A DNA stretch of 64,000 nucleotides, taken from IMG/VR virus record IMGVR_UViG_3300020193_000009, positions 16,669 to 80,668 of that record, one strand, 5' to 3'. The stretch is from a virus. This document shows, piece by piece, positions 63,993 to 64,000 of the stretch; the stretch's first letter is position 1, and the number at the start of each line of letters is the position of its first letter. The translations under genes and the position numbers were made by a program. The notes beneath the pieces are model-generated. The model worked only from the letters and a program-made list of their open reading frames with translations. It searched no databases and was not told where the DNA came from.

Positions 63993-64000
63993 ACGGCTCC

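Noticed and set aside
1-64000. Alternative genetic code or prophage/host junction
   Set aside because: Genes tile densely under the standard code using all three stop codons, and no integrase, att site or host housekeeping block is visible.

Overview
A 64-kb segment of a large, AT-rich tailed dsDNA phage genome (siphovirus-type tail), with essentially every real gene on the minus strand. Two WhiB regulators and a DnaE-type polymerase point to an actinobacterial host. In transcription order (right to left) the window holds: head-tail joining genes, major tail protein, a frameshifted tail assembly chaperone, a giant 6438-aa tape measure protein (TMP) and minor tail/fiber genes; a replication/recombination block (HNH, metallophosphoesterase, WhiB, DnaB, primase, SSB, tRNA-Ala, HAD phosphatase, DnaE, two methyltransferase-like genes, RecA-like, Hjc-like, Cas4-like, RuvC); a terminase block flanked by two glycosyltransferases; a 400-bp non-coding break; and about 12 kb of small accessory genes. 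The most notable item is the C-terminal third of the TMP. It is built from two in-frame cassettes of 3.36 and 3.21 kb, bounded by near-identical DNA junction repeats, and carries ADP-ribosyltransferase-like, zincin-protease and pre-toxin-TG-like domains, which suggests a swappable effector array injected with the tape measure. Other highlights: a highly structured ~190-nt candidate ncRNA at 9319-9506, three 16-bp boxes at exact 35-bp spacing between terS and terL, a circularly permuted GHKL ATPase fused to an HExxH motif, and a set of leaderless-type promoters. All domain calls come from motifs read by eye; no searches were run.
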